Below are positions 1 to 13,820 of a stretch of 64,000 nucleotides of DNA, piece after piece. The notes beneath the pieces are model-generated. The model saw nothing but the letters and a program-made list of their open reading frames with translations. It had not been told where the DNA came from and ran no database searches. Source of the DNA: Eledone cirrhosa (Eukaryota); NCBI GenBank assembly GCA_964016885.1, contig OZ024747.1, forward strand, positions 48,732,001 to 48,796,000, in the 5' to 3' direction. How positions within the stretch are numbered: the first letter of the stretch is position 1; each line of letters starts with the position of its first letter. The position numbers were made by a program, and so were the translations under genes.

Positions 1-249
1 AACAATAGGGTTAGGGAGTTATGGCAGTTGATATAATTGCAGGTCTCACAAGGTCCTATACGAAGCATGCAGCCATTTTAACAATAGGGTTAGGGAGTTA
101 TGGCAGTTGATATAGTTGCGGGTCTCACAAGGTCCTATACGAAGCATGCAGCCATTTTAACAATAGGGTTAGGGAGTTATGGCAGTTGATATAGTTGCGG
201 GTCTCACAAGGTCCTATACGAAGCATGCAGCCATTTTAACAATAGGGTC
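1..249. repeat. 79-bp tandem repeat (at least 3.1 copies, cut by window start) containing TAGGGTTAGGG
   Basis: Unit aacaatagggttagggagttatgg...gcagccatttt restarts at 1, 80, 159 and 238. Confidence 0.95.
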
Positions 250-329
250 AAATGATCAAATAATGAAGCAATGGTTATTTTTGTTTTATTTAAGGCAATG
301 AATCCTAATGTCTGTCAACCCACTCCCAA

Positions 330-341
330 CTCTCTCTCTCT

Positions 342-406
<65 letters not shown>

Positions 407-563
407 TCTCTCTCCCTCTCCCTCTCTTTCACCCCTCTCACTCTCTCTCTCTCTCTCTCTCCACACACAAACACACGCACATATATATATATATATATAT
501 ACATATATACATATATATCACTCTCTCTCTCTCCCCTCTCTCTCTCTCCCTCTTTCTCTGTAG

Positions 564-607
<44 letters not shown>
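330..607. repeat. Compound (CT)n/(CA)n/(TA)n/(TG)n microsatellite, representative of dozens of such tracts in the window
   Basis: Direct reading; these tracts produce the [18 protein letters not shown] pseudo-ORFs. Confidence 0.95.
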
Positions 608-1068
608 CAGTACACTCTTTTACAATACAGATGAAAGCAATCAATCTCATAAGATTTCTTAAGATTTATGGATAACATTTCAAAGACATTTTATGTCTTT
701 ACCACAATAATCTCTCTTCTTTGTTGGATTTCTTGAAAAATAAATCTGCCAGAGCGTGTCAGTGACGCATCATTGCAGTATATTATTCCGATTCCATTCC
801 ACAAGACTCCAATATAGTTTTTTTTATCTTATTAAGTGAGGTCACATATGCTATATCAAAGGCCAACAATATCATGTCCATGAGACAAGAAGATAGCTTC
901 GTTACGATGACGATTTGTATCGTCTCGTAAAAACGAGATTAACTAATATATAACAATACATTAGTATACAGCTATACAACTTTATAGACAGACGTATATA
1001 TCGCACTACATCCTACGGCTGCTTATTTCAAATAGAGGTTTTGCTCGTTTTCTCTCACTATCTTTAAT

Positions 1069-1107
<39 letters not shown>

Positions 1108-2871
1108 GTGTGCGAGATCAAGAGTAAGAATAGATAATATAGTATATAAAGAGACATAGGTAAACAATAGACCAGAATTTACACGAGGAATGTTGTCTTT
1201 TCTGCAGTAAAGTGCCAGGCAAACTGATATTGGACGACTAATAGACTCCATTTTGGACAGCATAAAATAAATATTTGTTGCAAAATTACATTTTTTGTTG
1301 TTTTTATGTGTTTTACATTTTGAACCATAAATGAATTTTGGAGAAAGAGTAATGGAAGGAAGAAATAATGTATAAAAGGATGATGAATTTGTTGCTGAAT
1401 AATATAAGAGTAGTAAATATGACCATACAAAATGGTCGTTCTGAAAAGAAGTGAATTTAAAAATTGTGAGAAGCTAAATAGGAGGAGAAGAATGGATAAA
1501 AAATAAAGGAGATGTAAGTGAAGAATTATGAATGAAAGTAGAAATGGGGAATGGAATGATAAATAGATAAACCACACAAAAAAGGAGATAAATGATAATA
1601 TCAATGACATGGAAAGCAGAATGAAAATGGCGTGTAGATAAGACGTAAGCAAAAATATATATGGAAGATGAAATATAAATAAATACACAATGAATGAATG
1701 GAAAGAACAAAAGCCGATCATCAGATCAAACCAAAGGATTGTTTCCATTGGCCATATCATTACTCATACTGTTTGACTGGCAGAAGAAGGCATCATTTGA
1801 ACTTAGCATACCCAGAGCGGGATAATATATCGCAAAGTATCTGATTCTATTCCTTAACAACAATTTTGCCTATCCACCTCTCTTAAACTTGTACTTTATT
1901 CATCAAATCTGAAAAGATGACTGGCAAAGTTGACTTCGGTTGGATTTGAACTCAGAGTGCAGTGACATGGAACATATATCGATGTATTTAACCAAACGCT
2001 CAAATGGCTCTACCAATTCACTGTCTTGCATGATAAAATATAAGTACAATGAAAAAAAATAAAAGAAAAAGAAAAAGAAAAAGAAAAAGAAAACTGTTAT
2101 AGTTATATTAGTCTGTAAAAGACTAAACGAACTATACGTCATATCAACTTTGTTAAGAGCAAAATCCAATCCCTTAACGTCTTGTACCTCACCGAATCGC
2201 AGACACTCTCATTCAAGGGGCGTAACTTTAATTGTTCCTTCCGCGCTTTAAGCAACGCATGCTTAAAATTCGAACTATCTATGTGCTGTGTGTTATCAAA
2301 GAGTAGCGATTTTTCTCTAGCATTTTCCTGAGATTTTCATTTTAAAATGATTGACGAAAAATACTGCCGACTTAATTAAGCAATTAATATCTGATAAGAA
2401 TATTCTGTCTTGTATGATAAAGTCGGTAACTAATTGCATTAGATTTAGTAACATTTTTTACATAGCATGTTTTTTAATCATTAAGCAATTAATTAACTTT
2501 AGAGACTGCATTACGTTAAATATTAATGTCTTTAGCCTAAAAATTCATAGTTTTTACAAAATTCTGATGCCACTCACATTTGAAATATGAGACCTGCTTA
2601 TATATAATTCTGATAAATTATTAGAGGATGTTAAGGACAGATCCATGTTCATACATCATAATAATTTTACTAAACGTATAATAACTGAAGATTCTCAATT
2701 AACACACATTAGATATGTAGGAGCTACTTAGTATGTAGAACGTTCCACTGAACTATTTCTTCTTAGTCATATTCCTAGTGGTTTTGCTAGTGTTTATTGC
2801 ACTGTGTGTGTGTATGTGCGCGCGCGCGCGCATGTGTGTGTGTGTGCGTGCGTGTGTGTGTGTGCGTGTGT

Positions 2872-3133
2872 GAATCCCGTTTCAATCGAGGTTAACCACA
2901 GCAAGTATGGTACTCAATACATTAGAAGAGTGTAATCTTCATTTTAAATATAGAAATGGCTTTTACAATAAAGATATATCTAATGCAGTGAATGTATTTA
3001 TCGTATAAATATCATGGTATTTGTTAAATAAGCTAAAAGGGATTTGTTGATTGAGATGAGGTGCAGACGTTTATAGAGATTTATAGATGTTGTGGATGGG
3101 TAGTATGTAATATGTATATCAATATGTATATAT

Positions 3134-3210
<77 letters not shown>

Positions 3211-3607
3211 ATCAAAAGATGGTTAAAAGAGTTCCATGTATTTTATTATGCACATTTCAAAAACAAATATCATCATGCATTAACATTTGTGTTTTCATCA
3301 GATAAAATAGGAAGACATGATATGAAGGTTAAAAACACTTGTGGATAGTGCAGTTTTAAATCAACATATGAAAAGTAGTTTTAGATTAATGTGTGATATT
3401 GGTGAAAAAAAAAGGGGGGGGGGGGAGGTTGGAAAGGATGAAAAAGAGGAGGAGATGAGAGTAAAAAGTGCGCATGATAAAATACATGGAACTCTTTTAA
3501 CCATCTTTTGATCTTATATATTATGTACACTCCAGTCCTACAAACTGTAGAGTGCTTCTTATCCGATATCTGCATTGCTTTATTGTACTACAATAAAACT
3601 CACCTCC

Positions 3608-3651
<44 letters not shown>

Positions 3652-3837
3652 TATTGATATATATATAATATATATATAATTATATATATAATTATCAGGA
3701 AAGTGCTTTCCTGGTGTTTTCTTTTGGATGAAACTGTTCTAGTCCTGTAAAAGCCATTTCTATATTTAAAATGAAGATTACACTCTACTAATGTATTGAG
3801 TACCATACTTGGTTAACTCCGATTGAAACGGGATTCA
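2872..3837. mobile_element. Nested inverted repeats of PLE pLTR-like families: outer arms 2872-2967/3747-3837, inner arms 3204-3255/3465-3521
   Basis: Arms are reverse complements by eye; the outer family recurs at 31590-31780; GAAACT-GTTCT-AGTC hammerhead 3' half near 3730. Confidence 0.7.
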
Positions 3838-4273
3838 CACACGCACGCACACACACGCACACACACGCACACACACACACACACACACACATACATATAT
3901 ATATATATGTATTTATATATATATGTATATTATTAAATATATTAATATCGTCGACCTTGTAACAGATGATGTGCTTGTAAGTTCAATATAAAATTAAACA
4001 GATATGTAGCCGACACACGAAGATGTTTTGAGTACATTGAATAAATTAGTTCAAAATTAGTTTAGATCCACATACATCACAGAAAGGGTTGTATGCTGAA
4101 GGTTAATGTTTGCAGAATTTTAGAAAATATAATTGGTAGACATTTGAAACACACACACACAGGCTCACATATGCTACGCCACTGGTGCCAAGCTGTATCG
4201 GCCATTGCCGATACAGCATCGGTGGCGTGCAGAAAGGAGACTGGTATGCATAGACGACTAGCATTACATGTAT

Positions 4274-4359
<86 letters not shown>

Positions 4360-5050
4360 ATGTATATATGTATGTATACATATATATGTTTGTATACATA
4401 TATACGTGCTTGTGTATATGTGTGTGTATGCACGAGTGTAGTAGAACGTTAACTCAATGACCACTCAAAACATGTGAGCTCACACAAACACACACATATA
4501 TATATATAGTTCATTTTGCGTATTTATGTGTGTGTTTTTTCATCCAAGCCCTGTCGTCTTTTTGATTCAGTTTCTTCAATCCATCATTGCATTGTCGGTG
4601 TTGATGTTGGTGGTGGTAAAGATAATGATGATACGGTTGTTGTTGATGACGAAGGCGATGATGATGATGATGACGTTCATGACGATAATGATAATAGTGA
4701 TTATGATGATGTTGAGGAAGTACAAAGTGTAAAAAGGATAACGGGTTAGTAAGAGCAACCTTGGGTTATATATATCATGTTTGAGCAGAACCCATTCACG
4801 TATATATAATATAATATAATATAATATAATATAGTAAAATATAATATAATACAATGTAATATAATATAATATAATATAATATAATATAATATAACATAAT
4901 TGTGTCTACTTTTGGCACAAGGCCAGCAATTATCCAGTACATTACTGGTACTTTATTTTTATCGACCCTGTAAGGATGAAAGGCAAAGTTAACTTCGGCG
5001 GGAAATATAATATAATGAAATATAATATAGTATAACGTAATAATATAATG

Positions 5051-5093
<43 letters not shown>

Positions 5094-5172
5094 GAGAAAT
5101 TAATGTGAGCAAGAAGCCAACAGTAATTCATACATATAAGTGACTATTACGTCAAGATGGAAAATATTTAAC

Positions 5173-5213
<41 letters not shown>

Positions 5214-5274
5214 AATACACACTAACATACATTCACACACATACAACACATATATACATACATCTCATCTCCTC

Positions 5275-5545
5275 ATTCCATCTGTCCCGTAGTTTGGTGG
5301 ATCGTTGAGGCGACACATTACCTGGCAGTCACCTCCTTCCATTCCTCTCGACTCTCCGCTCTCCTCATCGTTTCACCCAGCCTTATGCCGTCCATTCCGC
5401 CATCTTGTCCTCCCATCTATTTCTCTGTCTGTCTCCCCCCCCCCTTCTTGTACTGTTGGCTGCAGGACATATTTGACAAGCCATTGGGCCCTACGAAGAC
5501 CTTCTGGCCTTTGTAAAAAAACGCAAATTGAGATGGTACGGACAT
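5275..5545 (-). mobile_element. RTE-like LINE 3' fragment with an inverted 5' piece
   Basis: Minus strand VLQPTVQEGG..RWEDKMAEWT; plus strand 5483-5545 IGPYEDLLAFVKKRKLRWYGH, which normally precedes it in RTE ORFs. Confidence 0.65.
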
Positions 5546-5581
5546 ACACACACAGACACATACACATGCATACACACACAC

Positions 5582-5610
<29 letters not shown>

Positions 5611-5612
<2 letters not shown>

Positions 5613-5809
5613 ATGGTTTCTTATATAGGCACAAGGCCAGCAATTTGGAGGGAGGGGGGAAGTCGATTAAATCGATCCCGGTGCGTGACTGGTACTTTAT
5701 TTTATCGACCCCGTACGGAAGAAAATCAAAGTTAACCTCGGCGGGATTTAAACTCATATCATAAAGGGGCGCAAAGTATGGCGTCCGACCCTCTACCGAT
5801 ACTGCCAAA
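5611..5809 (-). mobile_element. tRNA-derived SINE, long variant
   Basis: Similar to the other SINE copies; A-box TGGCAGTATCGG and a B-box-like GAGTTTAAATCC on the minus strand. Confidence 0.85.
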
Positions 5810-6248
5810 TATATAAATATATATATACCCACGTGGGGTCAGTTACAGACACATCTATATGGACTTTCGAACTGAATCCCGTTGACAACGCGTACTCCTA
5901 GTTCAGTTAGGATACAAGAAACTTAACATCCTTTATGTAAGTGGACAGTAATTGACTTATGGAGCAGAAGAAACCCCAACACTGAACCTTACCATCATTC
6001 CAGGGATCCGGGTAAGCCTCAAACATTTATATTTTCATATATTTTTATATCTGTATATCTGTTTGACCTGAAATAGGAGATCGAATCTTCGCTGTGTGGA
6101 TAATTAGTTTAACCACCATCTCAGTGTGTTTGGCCTTTAACGTAAATTGTAAGCTCCAATTCTTTTGAATTATTGAGCGCTTGCCTCACAACTCGAAAGT
6201 GTTTCTCGTTAATTAATGGGCTGAAATTCGATTCTCGCTAATTTTACT

Positions 6249-6318
<70 letters not shown>

Positions 6319-6362
6319 CTATATAGTATATATAGTATATATATATATTATATATATAAATA

Positions 6363-6503
6363 TAACGAAGGAAATGTGGTAAGGAACCAGATGGACCATA
6401 ACGCACCAACGTACTCAATACTTAGGGTAGTAGAGTGGGTAATAGGAACGAGTAGGACCCCGACGGCAGAGCTCAAGCCGTTTCGACGGCTAATTCTGGA
6501 CTG
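6363..6503 (-). mobile_element. TA-embedded pLTR-like family A copy (hammerhead 3' half plus tail); other copies near 7520-7690, 23160-23345, 27715-28125, 31015-31208 and 38045-38152
   Basis: Near-identical ~140-bp sequence recurring between (TA)n tracts; GAAACGGCT-loop-AGCCGTC stem III with GUC triplet in the best copies. Confidence 0.8.
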
Positions 6504-6564
6504 ATATATATATGTATATATAAATATATATAATATATATATATTATATATATATATATATATG

Positions 6565-6692
<128 letters not shown>

Positions 6693-6728
6693 TAGATATA
6701 TATATAGAGATATATAATATATATATAT

Positions 6729-6765
<37 letters not shown>

Positions 6766-6921
6766 TATATATTTATAGAGATATAATATATATATATATA
6801 TAGCAACACCTCAGTATGCCGATTGGAGCACTCGACGAAGTGCGCAGGTTGGTTTGAATACTCCGGAGTAATGTAAAATAAAGTAAATAAATCAAATGTT
6901 TAAAATTTGGCTTCGTTTATT

Positions 6922-6976
6922 ACTGCTATATATATTTCGGTGACAGCCATCTTTGGCTGTAACCTCTTCAGGCAGT
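6922..6976 (-). ncRNA. Minimal type I hammerhead ribozyme within fold-back element 6802-7255
   Basis: Minus strand reads ACUGC CUGAAGA GGUUACAGCC-AAAGAU-GGCUGUCACC GAAA UAUAUAUA GCAGU: 5-bp stem I, intact core, palindromic stem III, AUA triplet. Degenerate plus copy near 7135-7190. Confidence 0.85.
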
Positions 6977-7285
6977 CCGAATTAGTGTGGTAGAGACGAG
7001 TACACATGTTGTTGAGATGTTTAACTTTGTCAATACTCTCATATGCCCAGTTCCTGGTTGGGTTGTTATTTCACTGAGGAACTGGAATCATATATATTTG
7101 ATTCCAGTTCCTCAGTGAAATAACACTAATTCAGACTGCATGAAGAGGTCACAGCCAAAGATGGCTGTCACTGAATATATATACCAGTAATATATATACC
7201 AGTAATAAACGAAGCCAAATTTTAAACATTTGACTTGTTTATTTTATTTTATATATACATATATCTATATATATATATCTGTGCA

Positions 7286-7359
<74 letters not shown>

Positions 7360-7761
7360 TATATATAATATATATATATTATATATATGTAATATATATA
7401 TATTAATATATTTACAATATCTATATATAGATAGATATATAATATATTTATATATATGTATATATATATAATATATAATATATATATATATTACATATAT
7501 ATATATTTATAATGTAGGAGAGTATTGAGTACTTTGGTGCGTTATGGTCCACCTGGTTCCTTACCACATTTACTATATTTATAATGTATATATATTTATT
7601 ATAGGGGAAAGTATGACGCCGACGGCAGAGCTCAGGCTGTTTCGACGGCTATTTCTGGACTAAAGTCTTTAGTCCAGAAATAGCCGTTTATTACCCACTC
7701 TAAATAGAAAAAATGAAACGAAATTTCGTTTCTCACTCTTAGTACGGCAGTTACTTAAATG

Positions 7762-7822
<61 letters not shown>

Positions 7823-7998
7823 GGGGTGATTAGCAGGATCGGTAGAAGGGCGGACGCCATGCTTTACAGCATAGAGTAACGCCCGATTATAGTCTGAGCT
7901 CAAGTACTGCCGAAGTTCACTTTGCCTTTCGGGGTCGATAAAATAAAGTACCAGTAATGTACTGAGAATATTGCTTTCCTTGTGTCAAAATGAGAAAC

Positions 7999-8076
<78 letters not shown>

Positions 8077-8086
8077 ATTTATATAA

Positions 8087-8470
8087 GGGTGGTGGATTGT
8101 CAGAATCGGTAGAAGGTCAGACGCCATGCTTTGCAGCATAGAGTTACGGCCCTTTATTATCTGAGTTCTAATTCTTCCGAGGTTACTTTGCCTTTCATCC
8201 TTCCGGGGTCGATAAAATAAAGTACTAGAGACGCACTGGGATACGATTTAATCGACTTTCCCCTCCACCCCAAATGCTGGCCTTGTGCCTATTTGGCAGT
8301 ATCGGTAGAGGGTCGGACGCCATGCTTTCCAGCATAGTTACGTCCCTTTACGATCTGAGTTCAAATCCCGCCGAGGTTGACTTTGCCTTTCATCCTTACG
8401 AGGTCGATAAAATAAAGTACCAGTAATGCACTGGGTAATTGCTGGCCTTGTGCCTAAAGTAGAAACAATT
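8087..8470 (+). mobile_element. Two tandem tRNA-derived SINE copies (8087-8290, 8293-8470); degenerate copies at 7822-7998 (+), 8676-8800 (-) and 4898-5003 (-)
   Basis: A box tggcagtatcgg, B box gagttcaaatcc, central gcctttcatcctt..ggggtcgataaaataaagtacc domain, tail ggccttgtgcc..aagtagaaacaatt. Confidence 0.9.
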
Positions 8471-9224
8471 ATATATATATATTATATTATACATATTACA
8501 TTGTATTATGCCGTATTATATACGTATATGTATATACACATATACACATGCATACACACATACACGCACATATATGTAGATATATATAAATAGAGAGAGA
8601 GAGCGCGGGAGGGAGGGAGGGAGGGATATTGATAGGGGAAGAATGATGTGGGAGGGAGGTAGAAAAGAAACAAATAATTGTTTCTACTTTTTCACGCAAG
8701 GCCAGTAGTTATCCCAGTGCATTATTGGTACTTTATTTTATCGACCCCGAAATAGTGAAATCCTTTGGCGGGATTTGAACTTAGATTGCAGATAGCCGGA
8801 ATAAATATTGGCGTTACTTAACCCAGGGCTCGAACGACACGCTACAAACAAAGATAAATTAGTATAAGAAACATGAAAAAAATTTTTAAGTGAGAGTCAA
8901 AAAGTAAATTATAATAAATACTTTGAATTTTAATCGAAGTGGTCAGATATTAAGAAAAAAAAAAACTTTTATGGAAAAAAGAACGTGGAAAAAGTGAGAC
9001 ATTAAAAGGAAAGGCAAAGTAACGCGTGAGAGTGGATAGAAAGGGAGATTATCCGACTATAAATGTGCGTATATTTTTTTCTTTTATTTTTTTTCTTACT
9101 CGCCTTAAGGTTAGCAGGATTTTATTTAATATAAAAAAAAGTAAAAAGAAAAAACAAACCAAAAAGGAAGCCATACAAACAATGACCAATTGATACATAG
9201 ATTTGTGTAAATCATATTTATATA

Positions 9225-9760
<536 letters not shown>

Positions 9761-10499
9761 CACAACTATATATATTTGTGTATATATATATATATATAGG
9801 TATATATATAAGTAAGCATATATATGTGTGTTTGTGTGAGGTTATAATAAGCAGTTCTTTTATTACGATCATTTTCCTAATGTATATTTATTGCATAAAT
9901 AATCCGCTCTTCCTTTCACTCCTTCCTCTATCGTGCCACCGCTTCACTATTTCTCATCAGTGATTTTACCATTTTTACTCCCCCACCTTCAATTTAATTA
10001 CGTTCGTGTCATTTTCAATTTTCATTTCTCTCTTATTCTCTTCTTCCACCAAAAATTCCTTTAATTATTTCAACCACAATTCCAAACCCTTTTTCTTGTT
10101 TATATTATCCCTTGGCTCACACACCTGTCCTCCTAACCTTTTGTTTCACCTCAAATGAAATTCCCAACCCATCCAACCCATTGCGGTGACATCCGGCTAA
10201 TTATTGTCTCTCCCTTTACCCACGCCACAATAAACCCCCACCACATCGCTTTAATTTTTTTCAGAACCACCCACCCATGATCACATCCCTACCTTTGAAG
10301 ATCCAGCCGATTTTGTGGTGCGCGCGCACACACACATGCACACACACATATATATTGTTATATATATATATATAGATAGATAGATAGATATAGATATAGA
10401 TATAGATATAGATATAGATATAGATGGATACTTGTTTTGTTTTTGTATAAACGTGTATGCATATATATACATATATACGTGTATACACACACACACACT

Positions 10500-10534
<35 letters not shown>

Positions 10535-10576
10535 TTATATATGCATATGCTTCTGTCTTTATTATTTATTTGCGTC

Positions 10577-10800
10577 CTATGATACAGTGACGACAAGAGC
10601 TGTAAGTAGCGCAAGGGCCATGACAAAGCTGGCCACTGGGTAGCGGCTTGCTGTATTGCATCCGTCAGTGTCACAGGAAACCAAGCAGCCGTACAACCGT
10701 TCAGGTTCCTCCTCTTCGCCCTTGATATACCAAATGGCACCACAGTGTCTTCCCCAGTCACTTTTAGCACAATTCCGCACCACAATAGTTGAACCATCCT
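10577..10800 (-). CDS. Last coding exon of a Ly6/uPAR three-finger, probably GPI-anchored protein (quiver/sleepless-like)
   Basis: Acceptor TTTTTTTTGTATTACAG (AG at 10802-10801); encodes (E)[19 protein letters not shown]...[12 protein letters not shown], then a hydrophobic tail [18 protein letters not shown] and TAG; phase 1 matches the upstream exon. Confidence 0.88.
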
Positions 10801-11011
10801 CTGTAATACAAAAAAAAGAAGAAAAAATATGACATAAAAATATATTGAGGAACACACATACATATATACATCATATATATATATATATACATAATACATG
10901 ATGGCAGCCCCCTTATTGTCGAGTATGGCCATTGCACGATAAAAGAAATACACATATACATATGTATTCATACACACACGCACACACGCCATACACACAC
11001 ACACATATATT

Positions 11012-11192
11012 AATTGTTTCTACTTTTGGCACAAGGCCAGCAATTACCCAGTGCATTACTGGTACTTTATTTTATCGACCCCGTAAGGATGAAAGGCAAA
11101 GTCAACCTCGGCGGGATTTGAACTCAGATCGTAAAGGGACGTAACTATGCTGGAAAGCATGGCGTCCGACCCTCTACCGATACTGCCAATCC
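11012..11192 (-). mobile_element. tRNA-derived SINE, near-consensus
   Basis: Almost identical to copies at 15313 and 23382. Confidence 0.92.
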
Positions 11193-11199
11193 ATATTAA

Positions 11200-12265
11200 T
11201 GATTAACGGTGCTGCGATCGAATGTGGCTTTTTAGCCCAGCCAATGATCTAAAACGTCTTGCAGAGTTGGCAACCATTATAAAAACATTCACTGGCAATA
11301 GCCGGCTGTGGTTGGTCTTCGTGCACTTCTGCATGTTGTTTGAGCCCTCCAGCTGATCTACACTCTTTTCCACATGCTTGACAGGTATGATGAGTAGCAT
11401 CCCCGACAGCAGCCTGGTAGTCAACCACTGGTCTAACTTTATGACTGTGAAGATGACTTTTGAGTTCAGCTTTGCTGAGGCAGAATCTCGTACAGACGCT
11501 GCATGTCAGTGTCATAGGCGGGCCTTTGCTGTCTGGAAATGTAACAATAATGCCTTTCCTCGCAAGCCTTTTTACTTTCTCGAGATGCTTCAAAAGCAAC
11601 TTTCCCGTCATGTACAGTCTTTCTCCATTTATTACGATCAGCAGCTACGCTTTCACATGTATCAGCAGAGATGTTAGCGTCTTTCAAGGAGGCTTTCAAC
11701 GAATCCTTATACCTCTTATTTGATTTATGTGGAGGTCGTTTCATTTTACTAACTCTCCATAAAAGAGTTGTTTCGGTATTCTAGAATCTTTCATCCTGGT
11801 AAGCTGTATACTCCTCGGTGTCAATGCTTAAGCATAAGAGCTTCTATGCTTTCACAAATATAGCTTTCCAAAATCTCGACATCACTGATGTGGTCCCTCC
11901 AGTGAACGCCATGGATCCGTCTGAGAAACCTCTGACGGAAACGTTCCAACTGTTTAAGGTGGTGTTGATATGGGATTCAGGTCTTGCAAGCATAAAGAAG
12001 AGAGGAGAGCACACATGCCTTGTACACTTCTTGCAGATGTCTCGCCGACCCCAGAGGGCCTTTCAAGCTTTCCGAAAGCATCACTTGCTTTCCTAATCCT
12101 GAGTGGAATTTCATTATCAAGATTACTGTATCGTTTACCATACACATAGATATTTGGTTCATTGTACTGCTTACCAGGGGCAGGTTGGTACATGACAACG
12201 GTCTTCTTGAGACTGACAGCCCCACACTCATCGACACAGTCTCCACCTCCTGCATCAACTCCTCC
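11200..12265 (-). mobile_element. Degraded RTE-clade LINE 3' region (RT C-terminus and C2H2-like zinc knuckles)
   Basis: Frameshifted motifs KTVVMYQPAPG, RIRKASDAFGKL, VYKACVLSSLLYAC, KRYKDSLKASLK, CSVCTRFCLSKAELKSH. Confidence 0.85.
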
Positions 12266-12834
12266 TGTGTGAGTGTGTGTGTGTCTGTGTGTGGTGTGTG
12301 TGTGTGTGTGTGTAAGTGTGTGTGTGTGTGTATGTGTAATGACTATAATAATGATTTCCTTTATTTGCCACAAGGACCCAAAATATTGGGAACAAGGATG
12401 AACACGACACAAAGTGGAGTTCACATCGAAGGAAGGAAAAGGGATAATAGGAATAACAATAATAGAATTTGTAATAAATATACGCAACAATAGAAGACAA
12501 TAACAATAACAAACGTCAACAAAGATTAGATCACTAATAGTGAGGAAATTGCCCTGTAATCCTAGGGCTGTCCCAACACAAGATCCCGAGTTACTCTCTT
12601 GCCTTAGTTGCTTCTGCCGCCTGAGCCCAATGAAAACATATCGACGCTTCATTGTACGCACCCTATCAAGCACACCCTTAATGTTTCACGTTGAAGAAAT
12701 AGTCAAGGGTTATTCTCGCCAATAGTATGTCTTCTAAACAACTGACTAGTTCTTTCATTACTCTCCGGTTTTCTGTAGCTAACTCTGCAGAAATTCTCAA
12801 ACTACATATACAGTTTGGTGACCACGGTTCTATT

Positions 12835-13305
12835 GTGCTTATATAATAACTGTTTCTACTTTTGGCACAAAGTCAGCAATAACCCAATACATTACTGGTA
12901 CTTTATTTTATCGACCCCGTAAGGATGAAAGGCAAAGTTAACCTCGGCGGGATTTGAACTCAGACCGTAAAGGGACGTAACTATACTGGAAAGCATGGCG
13001 TCCGACTCTCTACCGATACTGCCAATCCACAGCCCTTGTGCTTATATAATAACTGTTTCTACTTTAGGCACAAGGCCAGCAATTATCCAGTGCATTACTG
13101 GTACTTTATTTTATCGACCCCGTAAGGATGAAAGGCAAAGTCAACCTCGGCGGGATTTGAACTCAGATCGTAAAGGAACGTAACTATGTTGGAAAGCATG
13201 GCGTCCGACCCTCTACTGATACTGCCAATCCACCGCCCTTATGCTTATATAATAACTGTTTCTATTTTAGGCACAAGGCCAGCAATTACCCAGTACATTA
13301 TTGGT
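12835..13305 (-). mobile_element. Tandem array of about 2.3 SINE units (~203-bp period)
   Basis: Units start near 12847, 13050 and 13252, each preceded by the same gcttatata(ta)ataac linker. Confidence 0.88.
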
Positions 13306-13781
13306 ATGGCTAAACAGGGCATGTTGAAAGACATCAGGAAGGTTGGTTTTAATCATAGGTTCTGGAAAACAAATCACTTTTTTAAAAGTGATTTGCAAAG
13401 CTAAATATGATATTTAGAAATATTTTAAAAACTTAATTCCAAAATGTCTTCAAATGAAAGATTTTTTCTTTCTTTCTTTTTTCTTTCTATTTGTTTTCAT
13501 TCTTCTACTTAATAAGTATACATCTGGGAATATGCTATTTTCCAATTATTAATTCAAATATAATTTATGTGACATATATTTATGTACGTATACATACTTA
13601 TATTTAAGTAACAGCCGTACTAAGAGTGGGAAATGAACTTTCGTTTTTTTTTTCCGTTTATCGTTTTCGGTGCACCCGGCCGATTAACCCACTCGATATG
13701 CAAATTAGGCTGCTCAGCCGTTAATATGCATAAGGAAAGTATATACTTTTAGACGTTCAATCATCTGGCAGGAAGGTATAC

Positions 13782-13820
13782 GTTGCTGACGATAGCTAAT
13801 AAGCTTGAAACTAGTACAGC
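13782..13820 (+). ncRNA. Minimal hammerhead ribozyme inside a direct-repeat-flanked unit (13585-14085)
   Basis: GUUG CUGACGA UAGCU-AAUA-AGCUU GAAA CUAGUA CAGC: intact core, palindromic stem III ACUAGU, GUA triplet. Confidence 0.8.

Noticed and set aside
271-675. Dozens of predicted ORFs rich in YI, CV, TH, SL or MYVC repeats throughout the window
   Set aside because: They are translations of (TA)n, (TG)n, (CT)n and (TATG)n microsatellites, which lack stop codons; there is no coding evidence.
8293-8380. tRNA gene suggested by A and B boxes
   Set aside because: No complete cloverleaf; it is the head of a multi-copy SINE.
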